From assembly GCA_963691875.1 (NCBI GenBank), contig OY829846.1, positions 4,256,001 through 4,320,000 on the forward strand: a DNA stretch of 64,000 nt. Direction: 5' to 3'. The stretch's first letter is position 1. Each line of letters begins with the position of its first letter. Below, one piece after another: positions 29,401 through 38,078 of the stretch. The notes beneath the pieces were generated by a model. That model saw only the letters and a list, made by a program, of their open reading frames with translations, was not told the origin of the DNA and did not search any database. The position numbers were made by a program, and so were the translations under genes. Source of the DNA: Aureliella sp. (lineage in GTDB: Bacteria > Planctomycetota > Planctomycetia > Pirellulales > Pirellulaceae).

Positions 29401-29686
29401 CTCAAGTGACATGAATCACTATGCACCGGATGCTGAGAATCGCCGTCGGGATCGATTGGTGCTGGATGCGTTGGCGACCGGTGACCCCCAAAAGCTGATT
29501 GACACTTGCCAAGACAATGAGATCAGCATGTGCGGCTTGGTCCCAGCTGCTTTTGTGATGGAAACGCTGAAGCAGATGCAGCAGGGCTTCGAAGTCAAAG
29601 AACTCGACTACGCGACGAGTGCGGAAGTATCGGGCGATCGCTCCAAAGTCGTCGGCTACGCCGGTTGTATGTTGTTGCCGACTTAA
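26420..29686 (+). CDS. amrS: AmmeMemoRadiSam triple fusion: radical SAM (AmrS) + AMMECR1 (AmrA) + Memo (AmrB)
   Basis: rSAM: CHLCPRKC, IDPIEKKPLNHF, GCNLGCKFCQNWDIS, NVDLKAF. AMMECR1: GAFVTV...LRGCCG, GKHGL...GLLLPSVA. Memo: RPPAVAGKFYP, PHAG..YSG, EHGIEVQLP, SSDMNHY, SMCG, VVGYAG. GGAGG precedes ATG 26420. Confidence 0.95.
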   Translation: MESYSEIKRHRFEDGAMAGGWWEPGAEGRIECHLCPRKCSLKDGDKGFCFVRENRNGQVALSTYGRSTGFCIDPIEKKPLNHFLPGTPVLSFGTAGCNLGCKFCQNWDISKSRETQRLSNVAEPESVARAAQQTGCRSVAYTYNDPIIWAEYAIDTARACRQLGIKNVAVTAGYISPPARAEFFEFMDAANVDLKAFTEDFYHKITYSHLEPVLDTLEFLHRETDVWVEITNLIIPDANDNPDELRKMCDWVLGKVGDLVPVHFTAFHPDFRMLDRPRTSPDTLIVAQEIAYSAGIQYAYVGNVQDAERQSTNCHHCGQLLIARDRYELGQYNLTAEGTCRFCQTQIPGRYQASCGDWGATRQPIRIESFANPSPIVPITVAHEKEDIVSNAPESQPANPIATPVPTPTPLQLLEMDMLKEDQKQLICKAAAHWLAAAVYNQNTTEPAGFLGDLADTVVMGAFVTVKRGEILRGCCGVLGKPVPLGHALASAAAKTAKEDKRMAAISRSELPYLDIEVTLLGPFKKIEAQGAARQDHVEIGKHGLMIQQAGRNGLLLPSVAVDRKWDAFQFMQGVCNKAGLSVGAWEQPDTSVFTFDGLPIGGEFQELFEHETPANLYMPMTQEQLAEYTKVAGHNIVALVSGGTPSYVIPGLPDASVNALVLSLQWTTDGKPGEEDGKNVRQGNLVQVSYRPGVPMQNALYQMCQQAAMMFRQQQFAGQMQIGISIGIDPAMHGFGPQADLEGIDTHARGLVISDRRHCGMAFNPEQSAEELRDKLRTILPINSRDAALHSMQVMSTMPQVIAISAPVAVRSSGVRPPAVAGKFYPKEDAARRAMVGTLLKEEPAEKYSPAAIMVPHAGIKYSGQIAANTWNSVENLDERTLIVISPKHTEHGVNWAVCPFESWQLSSTTSIQSDALLAQQLSDAVTALEMDSAAHQLEHGIEVQLPILEQLAPKSKVIGLALQGGSWADISEAAGQFADFLKTQNEMPLLVISSDMNHYAPDAENRRRDRLVLDALATGDPQKLIDTCQDNEISMCGLVPAAFVMETLKQMQQGFEVKELDYATSAEVSGDRSKVVGYAGCMLLPT

Positions 29687-29979
29687 AGTAGCAATAATAA
29701 TACAAGCACGCTGTCAGGTTCTGCGATTGACTATGCAACTTTGGACATGCTGACAATTCAGTGCCGCACGAAGAGCTCCGCTACGTCGACAAGAACAGCG
29801 AGTTGCTTTTTCGCATTGCTCGTTACGTCCTGCATCGTGCTGGCAGAATCTAGGATGAAATAGCGGATGGTTGGGTTTCGAGGTTCAGTCTGTAACCAAT
29901 AATCGCATGCAGCAGATGCCTTATTCGGCTTGGCTGTAAGATTTTCCTTCCTTTTCCTTCCTCTTCCTTTCGCACAAGC

Positions 29980-30771
29980 ATGGATCCAGAACTACTCAAA
30001 GCAGTAATACTTGGGGTTATCCAAGGTCTCACTGAATTCCTACCAGTCAGCAGCAGTGGCCATCTTGAGATTGGCAAGGTTTTGCTTGGAGCGCAAGAAG
30101 CGACAATGTTGATGACGGTCGTGCTGCATGCGGCCACGGCTCTCAGCACGATTGTCGTATTTCGCGCGGATATCCTCAGCATCCTGCAAGGCCTAGTTCG
30201 GTTCAGCTGGAATGACGACTGGTCGTTCGCGGTAAAGATTGTGATTTCGATGATCCCTGCTGTCATCGTGGGTCTGACCATGGACGACTTTCTTGAAAGT
30301 TTATTCAGTGGCAACATGCTGCTTGTCGGATCGATGCTACTGCTTACCGGTGTGCTGTTGCTATTGGCAGAACGCGCGAAACAATCGGAGAAAAAGGTGG
30401 GCTTTGGCCAGGCTTTGCTGATAGGCCTGGCTCAGGCCTTCGCCATACTGCCTGGCATATCACGCTCCGGTGCTACGATATCAACTTCTGTACTACTTGG
30501 GATCGATCGCGCTGAAGCGGCGCGTTTTTCTTTCCTGATGGTCATTCCGCTGATTCTCGGCAAGATGTGTAAAGATATTTTATCTGACGAGTTTGCTACT
30601 AGCAGCTCGCAGCCTCTACTACTGCTAGTCGGATTTATTGCCGCTTTCATCACTGGTTTTTTCGCGTGTAAGTGGATGATTGCGATCGTCAAAAAGTGCC
30701 AGCTTCGGTGGTTCTCGATCTATTGCTTTACGGTCGGCGTGATCGCCATCGCTTCGACAATGCTTATCTAG
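29980..30771 (+). CDS. uppP: Undecaprenyl-diphosphate phosphatase (BacA family)
   Basis: QGLTEFLPVSSSGHL, PGISRSGATI, AARFSFL. Confidence 0.97.
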   Translation: MDPELLKAVILGVIQGLTEFLPVSSSGHLEIGKVLLGAQEATMLMTVVLHAATALSTIVVFRADILSILQGLVRFSWNDDWSFAVKIVISMIPAVIVGLTMDDFLESLFSGNMLLVGSMLLLTGVLLLLAERAKQSEKKVGFGQALLIGLAQAFAILPGISRSGATISTSVLLGIDRAEAARFSFLMVIPLILGKMCKDILSDEFATSSSQPLLLLVGFIAAFITGFFACKWMIAIVKKCQLRWFSIYCFTVGVIAIASTMLI

Positions 30772-30790
30772 TAACAGTAAGACCAACAAG

Positions 30791-31834
30791 GTGAATGAGA
30801 AGAATCCGTACTCGACAGATGCTCAGCAAGGGCTCAGTGACGGCAGTTTGGGCCCGCTGGTAACGCGCAGCGTTTTTGGCGGCGTCTTGATGGGTCTGGC
30901 GAATCTTGTGCCTGGAATCAGTGGTGGCACGATGCTGCTAGCCGCAGGTGTCTATCCCAAGTTTGTTCAAGCCGTCGCTGAGGTGACGCGTCTCAAGTTT
31001 CGCTACGCCTCGCTGGTGGTCCTCGCCTCGGTGGGAATATCGGCCATTCTAAGTATTTTGCTGCTGGCGGGCGTGCTCAAGGAATTAGTGCTGGATCATC
31101 GTTGGGTGATGTATAGCTTGTTCATAGGGCTGACCTTGGGCGGAATCCCCATCGTATGGAGGTTGGCACGACCTGCGTCGGCGGGCCTAGTCGTTTCAGC
31201 GCTGGTTGCCTTCGCTGCGATGGTGGCACTTGCAATCGCTCAGGCGATGAACATCGTGGGCAATCCATCAGGGGGAACATTGATGTTCTTCGTGGCTGGT
31301 TTAGCAGGTGCGAGCGCGATGATTTTGCCCGGGGTTTCCGGCGGTTATCTGCTGCTCTTGCTCGGCCAGTACGTGCCGATTCTGGCGTCTATCGATGCTT
31401 TCAAAGAGGCGCTCAAAGAACCAGATATTCAGGCGGCTATGGGCCCCGCGTTCTCTGTCGTTCTGCCAGTTGGGCTAGGCGTTCTAATTGGCATCGCGCT
31501 CGTCGGCAACTTGCTTGGCTGGCTATTGAAGAATCACGCCAGGGCAACTCTCGGAGCTTTGCTTGGATTGTTGATTGGATCGGCCGCAGGCTTGTGGCCT
31601 TTCCAAGTCGGCATCAAACCGCAGATCGGCGACATGATCAAAGGCCAAGCTGTCACCGCCGAGAGCATTGGTGAGATTGAAAAGGATGATTGGCCCGTAA
31701 AATATTTCGGGCCGAGTCTGCTTCAAGTCGTCGGCTCGCTGGCTCTGATCGCAATAGGTTTTGGCGTGACGACCATCGTAGCTAAGATCGGTGGTGATGA
31801 AGAAAAAGAGCAAGCACGAAGCAGAGACGAATGA
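30791..31834 (+). CDS. DUF368 protein (PopT-type undecaprenyl-phosphate translocase family)
   Basis: Repeated motifs MGLANLVPGISGGT and AMILPGVSGG, plus LFIGLTLG and LLGLLIGS. 19 bp downstream of uppP. Confidence 0.92.
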   Translation: MNEKNPYSTDAQQGLSDGSLGPLVTRSVFGGVLMGLANLVPGISGGTMLLAAGVYPKFVQAVAEVTRLKFRYASLVVLASVGISAILSILLLAGVLKELVLDHRWVMYSLFIGLTLGGIPIVWRLARPASAGLVVSALVAFAAMVALAIAQAMNIVGNPSGGTLMFFVAGLAGASAMILPGVSGGYLLLLLGQYVPILASIDAFKEALKEPDIQAAMGPAFSVVLPVGLGVLIGIALVGNLLGWLLKNHARATLGALLGLLIGSAAGLWPFQVGIKPQIGDMIKGQAVTAESIGEIEKDDWPVKYFGPSLLQVVGSLALIAIGFGVTTIVAKIGGDEEKEQARSRDE

Positions 31835-31961
31835 GTGCGCTTGGGCTCCTGCTGAGGTTTCAAGTGTTGCAATTGATTGTTTAACGCCCTACCGTAGGTG
31901 ACGGCTTGTTTGGGCTGCTTTGAAGCTATCTTTTGTCCAGACTTTCTCAGAAAGTTGAAGG

Positions 31962-33224
31962 TCAACTGTCGGCTTCTTCGGCTTCGAATTCATCCTCATC
32001 ATCGTCCTCGTCTTGCTGCGGTTCTTGGTTGGGCTCTGGAGCTAGGGCTCGGCTGTACCGACAAAACACGATGGCGAGTGGTGCGGTGGCTAGAGCTCCT
32101 AGGGTGTACGTGACAATGGGCGCAGCAACGTTTGGTAGATAGATGTGCAGCGAGTAGATTGGTTTCCAAAACGCTCGGAATACCAAAAGCCCAAGCCAGA
32201 CCCAAACGGTGAGATCTGCCATCCAAGCCACTGCAGCAAATCTTCGCAAGCATCGTAGAGCGATGATCGCACACAGCAACAAGACAAAGGTTAGTGGGAT
32301 GACCGACTGCCATCCCGTCAGTGCTCCGGCTACGGCCAGGGCGCCAACGAACTGACGTGCACCGGAAGTTTCTCGATCAGAGCTCATTAAGCTACGGTCA
32401 AATCCGGGGTAGAGCAGAGGAGCCAGTAAACGAGCCATGGCGATGCCAGCGACGCAACCGCAAAGCACAGTCGCAAGTGCATCCAGGCGTACATCGACCC
32501 CTGCAGGAAGGAATTTGCGCCAACGAATGATCTGGCTTTGTGGTATCACGATCGCGGCGACAACAATTGCCAGTAGGCACCAGAGATAAAGTCCTAATGG
32601 TACCTTTTGTTTGCGCACCGCAATGAGAGCAGCGGCGATCAGTCCACCGAGCGCAAAAGCGTGGATGATCATTCTGACCACCAACTCGGTAGAGACAGTG
32701 ACACGTGCCAATGCGCTGGCTCCGAAGGGTAGACCAGCCACTCCAGGAAGATTGCGTCCGCCAGAATAGAACTCAGAGTAATAAAGGACCGAAAAGACGA
32801 TTGCGACTGCTATTTCGATGACTACGTATCTTGCCGGAATGGGCAAGCGACAAGTGCGGCATCGTCCACGGAGCTTGAACCAGCTCAGAATTGGGATATT
32901 GTCGCTTCGCGAAATGGCCGTACAGCAGTAGGGACATTGCGAGTTGCCTCCAATTCCTCGCCCCTGCGGCAAGCGAAATGCGACCACGTTCAGAAAGCTT
33001 CCGATCGACGCGCCGACTGCGAAGAACCAGCAAGCAACCGTTACGTCGAGCAAAGCGGACACAACTGCGGAGTGCCAATCGACCAACTCGCCGAACTTCG
33101 CAAACGTAGATGCCCCGATCAGTATTTGGACAAACACATATAGTGCAACGCAACTCAGTATTGATAGCCAAGCGATGCGATAGGGCCAGTTCGGGCGCCG
33201 TCTGGGGCTTCTGCGTTTGCTCAT
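31962..33224 (-). CDS. Prepilin peptidase A24 N-terminal Zn-domain membrane protein; catalytic Asp residues apparently absent
   Basis: GASIGSFLNVVAFRLP, CPYC...DNIPILSW..LRGRCRTC. No GxGD motif. Acidic C-terminal tail. Confidence 0.8.
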   Translation of the reverse strand: MSKRRSPRRRPNWPYRIAWLSILSCVALYVFVQILIGASTFAKFGELVDWHSAVVSALLDVTVACWFFAVGASIGSFLNVVAFRLPQGRGIGGNSQCPYCCTAISRSDNIPILSWFKLRGRCRTCRLPIPARYVVIEIAVAIVFSVLYYSEFYSGGRNLPGVAGLPFGASALARVTVSTELVVRMIIHAFALGGLIAAALIAVRKQKVPLGLYLWCLLAIVVAAIVIPQSQIIRWRKFLPAGVDVRLDALATVLCGCVAGIAMARLLAPLLYPGFDRSLMSSDRETSGARQFVGALAVAGALTGWQSVIPLTFVLLLCAIIALRCLRRFAAVAWMADLTVWVWLGLLVFRAFWKPIYSLHIYLPNVAAPIVTYTLGALATAPLAIVFCRYSRALAPEPNQEPQQDEDDDEDEFEAEEADS

Positions 33225-33364
33225 CCGTTGCAGTTGAAGCGTCAAGCGACAAACTTGTGCTGCCGCAGTCTAGTTGATTCGGGAAGCGATTAAGTATAGC
33301 TACTTCTCGCTTCTTGCTTAGACAGGCAGCTGTGTGAGAGCTCAGATGAAAGAGGCGAGAAGAG

Positions 33365-34855
33365 ATGGAAACTGAAGTTCCAAGAATACGAATTCGACCA
33401 TCCAACGAGCAGCCTGTCTCCGTGGATCGCGATATTGTTGTGTACTGGATGACCGCTTTTCGTCGGATGCGTTACAACTTTGCGCTGCAGTACGCGATAG
33501 ATTACGCAAATCATCTCGGCAAGCCACTTGTGATTCTGGAGGCTCTTCGGCTCAGGTATCGTTGGGCCAGTGATCGATTTCATCGCTTTATCATCGAGGG
33601 TATGCGCGACAATCAAGCGGCTTGCGAGAGTCAAGTGGTTCTCTACTATCCTTATGTTGAGTCGCAATTGGGCGAGGGTTCTGGGCTTGTGGCTTCGCTG
33701 GCCGAGCGGGCTTGTGTGATGGTCACCGATGACTTTCCATGTTTTTTCCACCCGCGAATGATTCGAGCAGTGGCAAAGAAGCTTCCGGCTCGCTTGGAAT
33801 TAGTAGACTCGAACTGCTTGATGCCGCTCGCACATGCCGAACGCACTTTCACGGTGGCTCATTCTTATAGACGTTGGATGCAAAAGGAGCTTCCACTGCA
33901 CTTGGAAGACATGCCAGAGGAGGCTCCACTAGAGCGACTTGGTTCGAAACGCGGTAAACAAGTAAGGCCATGTAAAGAATTGCAGCTGAAGCTCGAGTCG
34001 ATCTTCAAGTCCTGGCCTAGGGCAGAATTAGATTCTTTGCTCACGCCAGAGGGGCTTGCGAAACTTCCCATTGACCACGGTGTCGGATCGGGAGTCGTCG
34101 AAGGAGGTGCCGCAACGGCGGGGGAACTGCTGGAGCAATTCCTGAACAACCGAATCGGCAGCTACGGAGAAGATCGGAATGTGCCGGATAAGGTTGGTTC
34201 CAGCGAACTCTCTCCTCATTTGCACTTTGGGCATATTGCTCCGCAAGAAGTCTTCTTGCGTCTCATGGAGCACGAAGGTTGGACGCCGGAGAAGCTTCAG
34301 AAGCCGAATGGTAAAATGAATGGATTTTGGGGCGTCAGCGAAGAGGCCGAGGCCTTCATCGACCAGCTTTGTACCTGGCGCGAAATTGGCTTCAACATGT
34401 GTTGGCGCGAGCCGAACTACGAGCGGCTCGAATCTTTACCAGAGTGGACTCAGAAGACGATAGAAGACCACGCTGGGGATGAGCGTGAGTATGTTTATTC
34501 CTTGGAGCAATTCGAAAACTCAGAGACTCATGACGAGATCTGGAACGCTGCGCAACGCCAGCTCGTTCGCGAAGGTCGCATCCACAATTACCTGAGAATG
34601 CTCTGGGGCAAAAAGATCTTGCATTGGACGCCATCCGTTGCAGAAGCACTCGAGATCATGATCGAGCTCAACAACAAATATGCGCTTGACGGCCGCGATC
34701 CCAATTCTTACAGCGGAATCTTCTGGGTGCTTGGCAGGTACGATCGCGCGTGGGGACCGGAACGGCCGATTTTTGGAAAAATACGCTACATGACCAGTGA
34801 AAGCACGGCTAGAAAGTACAGCTTGAAGCAGTATTTGAAACGCTTTGCTGAGTGA
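33365..34855 (+). CDS. Class II CPD deoxyribodipyrimidine photolyase
   Basis: VVYWM, NFALQYA, LSPHLHFG, IHNYLRMLWGKKIL, LDGRDPNSY, ERPIFGKIRYM. Confidence 0.95.
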   Translation: METEVPRIRIRPSNEQPVSVDRDIVVYWMTAFRRMRYNFALQYAIDYANHLGKPLVILEALRLRYRWASDRFHRFIIEGMRDNQAACESQVVLYYPYVESQLGEGSGLVASLAERACVMVTDDFPCFFHPRMIRAVAKKLPARLELVDSNCLMPLAHAERTFTVAHSYRRWMQKELPLHLEDMPEEAPLERLGSKRGKQVRPCKELQLKLESIFKSWPRAELDSLLTPEGLAKLPIDHGVGSGVVEGGAATAGELLEQFLNNRIGSYGEDRNVPDKVGSSELSPHLHFGHIAPQEVFLRLMEHEGWTPEKLQKPNGKMNGFWGVSEEAEAFIDQLCTWREIGFNMCWREPNYERLESLPEWTQKTIEDHAGDEREYVYSLEQFENSETHDEIWNAAQRQLVREGRIHNYLRMLWGKKILHWTPSVAEALEIMIELNNKYALDGRDPNSYSGIFWVLGRYDRAWGPERPIFGKIRYMTSESTARKYSLKQYLKRFAE

Positions 34856-34969
34856 GTGCTGGGCAATGGATGCGAATTTCGACACACCGCGCAATGGATC
34901 TTGAGTTGTGGCATCTGGAAAGGATTATCCGCTCCCAATCGATTGCGTATCAACTCGCCGAGGTCGTTG

Positions 34970-36283
34970 ATGGTTTCCCGCTCGACCAAATCTTCTTCCC
35001 GTTCCGATAGATCCACATGGCTCAAGCCGCTTTGGCCTCGCAAGCCCATTGAGATTTCTCGTTGGGACATGCTCCGTGTTATTCCGCGTCTTCTGGGTGG
35101 CAAGCGTCGTGAAGCATGCGAAGAGTCAATTGGCGAGTTTTGGGGACAGCCTGTATATGTCGGCCTTTCTGAGCGAAGTTGTTTTGACCTTTTCTTGAGC
35201 GCGTTGAAGTTGTCTCAAGGAAGTGAAGTTCTTGTATCGGCTATTAATATCGATGGAATGCGGCGCATTCTTGAAGAGCACGGCTTGGTGCCTGTTCCGA
35301 TAGACATCTGTCCTGCGAATCTTGAAATAGATTTGGTTCAGGGGCGGGAACGCATCTCTTCCAAGACAAGAGCTGTATTGTTCGCCCATCTGTTTGGAGC
35401 GCGAAGCAATATGGCAGCGATCGTCGACTTTTGCCAGAGCTATGGCTTACAACTGTGGGAGGATTGTGCGCAGGTTTTCGATGGGGAGTATCGGGGGGAT
35501 GAACGAGCCGATTTGCGGCTTTTTAGCTTTGGTCCCATTAAAACTTTTTCGGCCTTGGGTGGCGGTGTAGCAGTTTGCAAAGATCTAGCTGTGCAGAAAC
35601 GAATGTGTGACTCGGGCAAGCAACTGCCACGCCAGCATAACTATCAATACGCGGCTCGGGTCGCGAAATACTTCAGTATCCAAGCCGTTACCTCGCCTGC
35701 TGTTTACCGATGGGTAATGCGACTGATTCCAGGAACCCGGGAACAAAGGGATGCTTGGTTGGTTTTACTTTTTCGAAACACTTCACAGCAAGATCGATTC
35801 TTTCGATCGATTCGTCGGCAGCCCTCGACGGTACTCCTTCAAACCTTGGAGCGGCGGATTGTTGGTCGGTTGGACGTTGAGCCAGAACGCGATCAGCGCG
35901 GAAAGCTTCTGGCTGAGCTACTTTCTCTTCGACTGAGGATTCGGCCAAGTGTGGCGGGACAAAGTACGGAGAAACATCGTTACTGGGTATTTCCCGCATT
36001 CATTGAGAGCTCGCAAACCCTGCTGAATAATCTGGAAAACGAAGGCTTTGACGTGACCTCGCGCTGCCAGCTCTCGGTGCTCGAACTGCCGGATTATCCT
36101 ACCCCAGCGGCCCGATCGCTAAGAAATTCCATCGTCTTCTTGCCTTGCTATACCGGGATGCCGGAGGACGAACTGCGAAGGCTAGTCGAATTATTGGTGC
36201 TGCTGACAGATGTAGCCCCGGCGGAGGAGAACCGTAGAATAGAGGCGATACCTAACTCTTCTAAGATTGCCGTTTCGCGATGA
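34970..36283 (+). CDS. DegT/DnrJ/EryC1/StrS-family PLP aminotransferase
   Basis: AHLFG, EDCAQ, FSFGPIK (PLP lysine), GGG. The start codon is uncertain; ATG 34970 chosen. Confidence 0.88.
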   Translation: MVSRSTKSSSRSDRSTWLKPLWPRKPIEISRWDMLRVIPRLLGGKRREACEESIGEFWGQPVYVGLSERSCFDLFLSALKLSQGSEVLVSAINIDGMRRILEEHGLVPVPIDICPANLEIDLVQGRERISSKTRAVLFAHLFGARSNMAAIVDFCQSYGLQLWEDCAQVFDGEYRGDERADLRLFSFGPIKTFSALGGGVAVCKDLAVQKRMCDSGKQLPRQHNYQYAARVAKYFSIQAVTSPAVYRWVMRLIPGTREQRDAWLVLLFRNTSQQDRFFRSIRRQPSTVLLQTLERRIVGRLDVEPERDQRGKLLAELLSLRLRIRPSVAGQSTEKHRYWVFPAFIESSQTLLNNLENEGFDVTSRCQLSVLELPDYPTPAARSLRNSIVFLPCYTGMPEDELRRLVELLVLLTDVAPAEENRRIEAIPNSSKIAVSR

Positions 36284-36338
36284 GCAATTGAACTAGGTTG
36301 GCCGATCGTACCAAACTCCACCCGCGCCCCATCCGAAA

Positions 36339-37916
36339 ATGTCTTCTGCAGTATCCACGCTCAGTATCGACCAAGTGGCAAATGAGCCCGTTGCCGTAAT
36401 TGATATAGGTGCGATGAGTATTCGAATGGCCATCGCTGAGATCGATGACGCAGGGAACGTGCATTTACTGGAGAGTCTTTCCCAGGCAGTCACGTTGGGT
36501 AAGGATACCTTTACGTCACGTCGGATTCGCAAGTCATCCATTGAGCAGTCGGTTCGCGTTTTAAGAAGCTACCGGCACTTGTTGGCTGAGTACGGAATCG
36601 ACCAGCCCGACAGAATTCGTGTCGTTGGAACCAGTGCAGTTCGAGAAGCCGCCAATCGCTTGGCCTTCATTGATCGTGTTTTCATCGCTACCGGACTCGA
36701 AGTCGAGCCGCTGGACGAAGCTGAAGTCAATCGCATCACGTACATGGGCATCCAGCCGCAGCTGCAGGCTGATCCCAAACTGGCGGCAAGCCGCTCTGTG
36801 GTAGTTGAAGTGGGAGGTGGTTCCACTGAGATTTTGGTGGTCCAGTCAGGAAACGTGCTGTTCTCGAACACTTATCGCTTAGGCTCCTTGCGTCTGCTCG
36901 AATCGCTTGAGAAGCTCAACGCACCGACGCAGAAGCAACGAGTCGTGTTAGAGAGTCAGATTTTACGCATCGTGGCTCAGATCCGCGAGCATATCAGTGC
37001 TGAGTCACCGCTTGAGATGGTTGCACTTGGCGGCGATGTTCGTTTTGCTGCGAACAACTTGATGGAAGCCTGGGACGGTGATCAAGTAGCGCACCTCAGC
37101 GTGGATCGCTTAAATGACTTCACGCGAGACATGCTCCAGTTGACTGACGAAGAAGTCGTAGGGCGCTACGGTACAAGTTTTCAAGATGCGGAAACAGTTG
37201 GTCCTGCTTTGTTGTGCTATGTCTTACTCGCTCGAGCTTTCGATCAAGAAGAGATCGCGATATCGAACACGAACTTGCGCGATGGGCTGTTGCAGGACCT
37301 TGCGATTCGCGACGTCTGGACGGCAAACTTTCGCAGTCAAATCATTCGCTCAGCCGTCACGCTCGGCCGGCGATATGACTTTGACGAAAAGCACGCCAGG
37401 CATGTTGCCACCTTGTGCCGCAAGTTGTTTTCTGACTTGCAGGATGAACACAAGCTCGAACCGCGAATGGAGTTGATTCTCTATCTCGCTGCTTTGCTGC
37501 ACGAAATCGGCTTGTACATCAATACTCGCAGCAATCATAAGCACGCGATGTACTTAATTCGTCACAGCGAATTTTTTGGATTGAGCCGAAAGGATCGTCT
37601 TCTGGTTTCCTTGGTGGCTCGCTATCATCGTCGCAGCAGCCCGCAGCCTCAGCATGATGGTTATTCAAACTTAGATCGAACGGACCGCGTCGCCGTGTCC
37701 AAGCTTGCCGCAGTCCTGCGAATTGCGATTGCTTTGGATGAATCGAGAAGTCAGCGGATTACGGACATTCAAAGCCGCATGGACGGCAAGAAACTCGTTA
37801 TCACCGCAAATAGTGTTGACGATATTTCGCTCGAGCAGCTGGCTTTGAGGCAAAGCGGAAATCTCTTCGAAGAGACTTACGGCATCCCCGTGCAGATCCG
37901 GGCATCTCGAAGCTAG
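36339..37916 (+). CDS. ppx: Exopolyphosphatase / pppGpp phosphohydrolase (Ppx/GppA) with HD-like domain
   Basis: AVIDIG...RM, GTSAVREAAN, EVGGGSTE, LGSLRL, LRDGLL, AALLHEIG, ARYHR. Confidence 0.92.
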   Translation: MSSAVSTLSIDQVANEPVAVIDIGAMSIRMAIAEIDDAGNVHLLESLSQAVTLGKDTFTSRRIRKSSIEQSVRVLRSYRHLLAEYGIDQPDRIRVVGTSAVREAANRLAFIDRVFIATGLEVEPLDEAEVNRITYMGIQPQLQADPKLAASRSVVVEVGGGSTEILVVQSGNVLFSNTYRLGSLRLLESLEKLNAPTQKQRVVLESQILRIVAQIREHISAESPLEMVALGGDVRFAANNLMEAWDGDQVAHLSVDRLNDFTRDMLQLTDEEVVGRYGTSFQDAETVGPALLCYVLLARAFDQEEIAISNTNLRDGLLQDLAIRDVWTANFRSQIIRSAVTLGRRYDFDEKHARHVATLCRKLFSDLQDEHKLEPRMELILYLAALLHEIGLYINTRSNHKHAMYLIRHSEFFGLSRKDRLLVSLVARYHRRSSPQPQHDGYSNLDRTDRVAVSKLAAVLRIAIALDESRSQRITDIQSRMDGKKLVITANSVDDISLEQLALRQSGNLFEETYGIPVQIRASRS

Positions 37917-38078
37917 TGCCTTGGCAGCTGCGACCCTAGGTAGAGAATAGCTGATGGTCTGCTTGGCATCGGGATGATCTTTGCTCGGTTTCGACGTGAT
38001 TTGGCGTCACGACGCTCTTCCAAGTGCAAAACTCCGTAACAATAAGGGCACAGATTCTCAAACCCTCGAAAGCGACGC

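Noticed and set aside
34853..34969. Photolyase-aminotransferase readthrough fusion (ORFs abut in frame across TGA)
   Set aside because: The photolyase is complete at its normal C-terminus and the next ~38 codons look non-conserved. This is most likely an over-extended ORF start.
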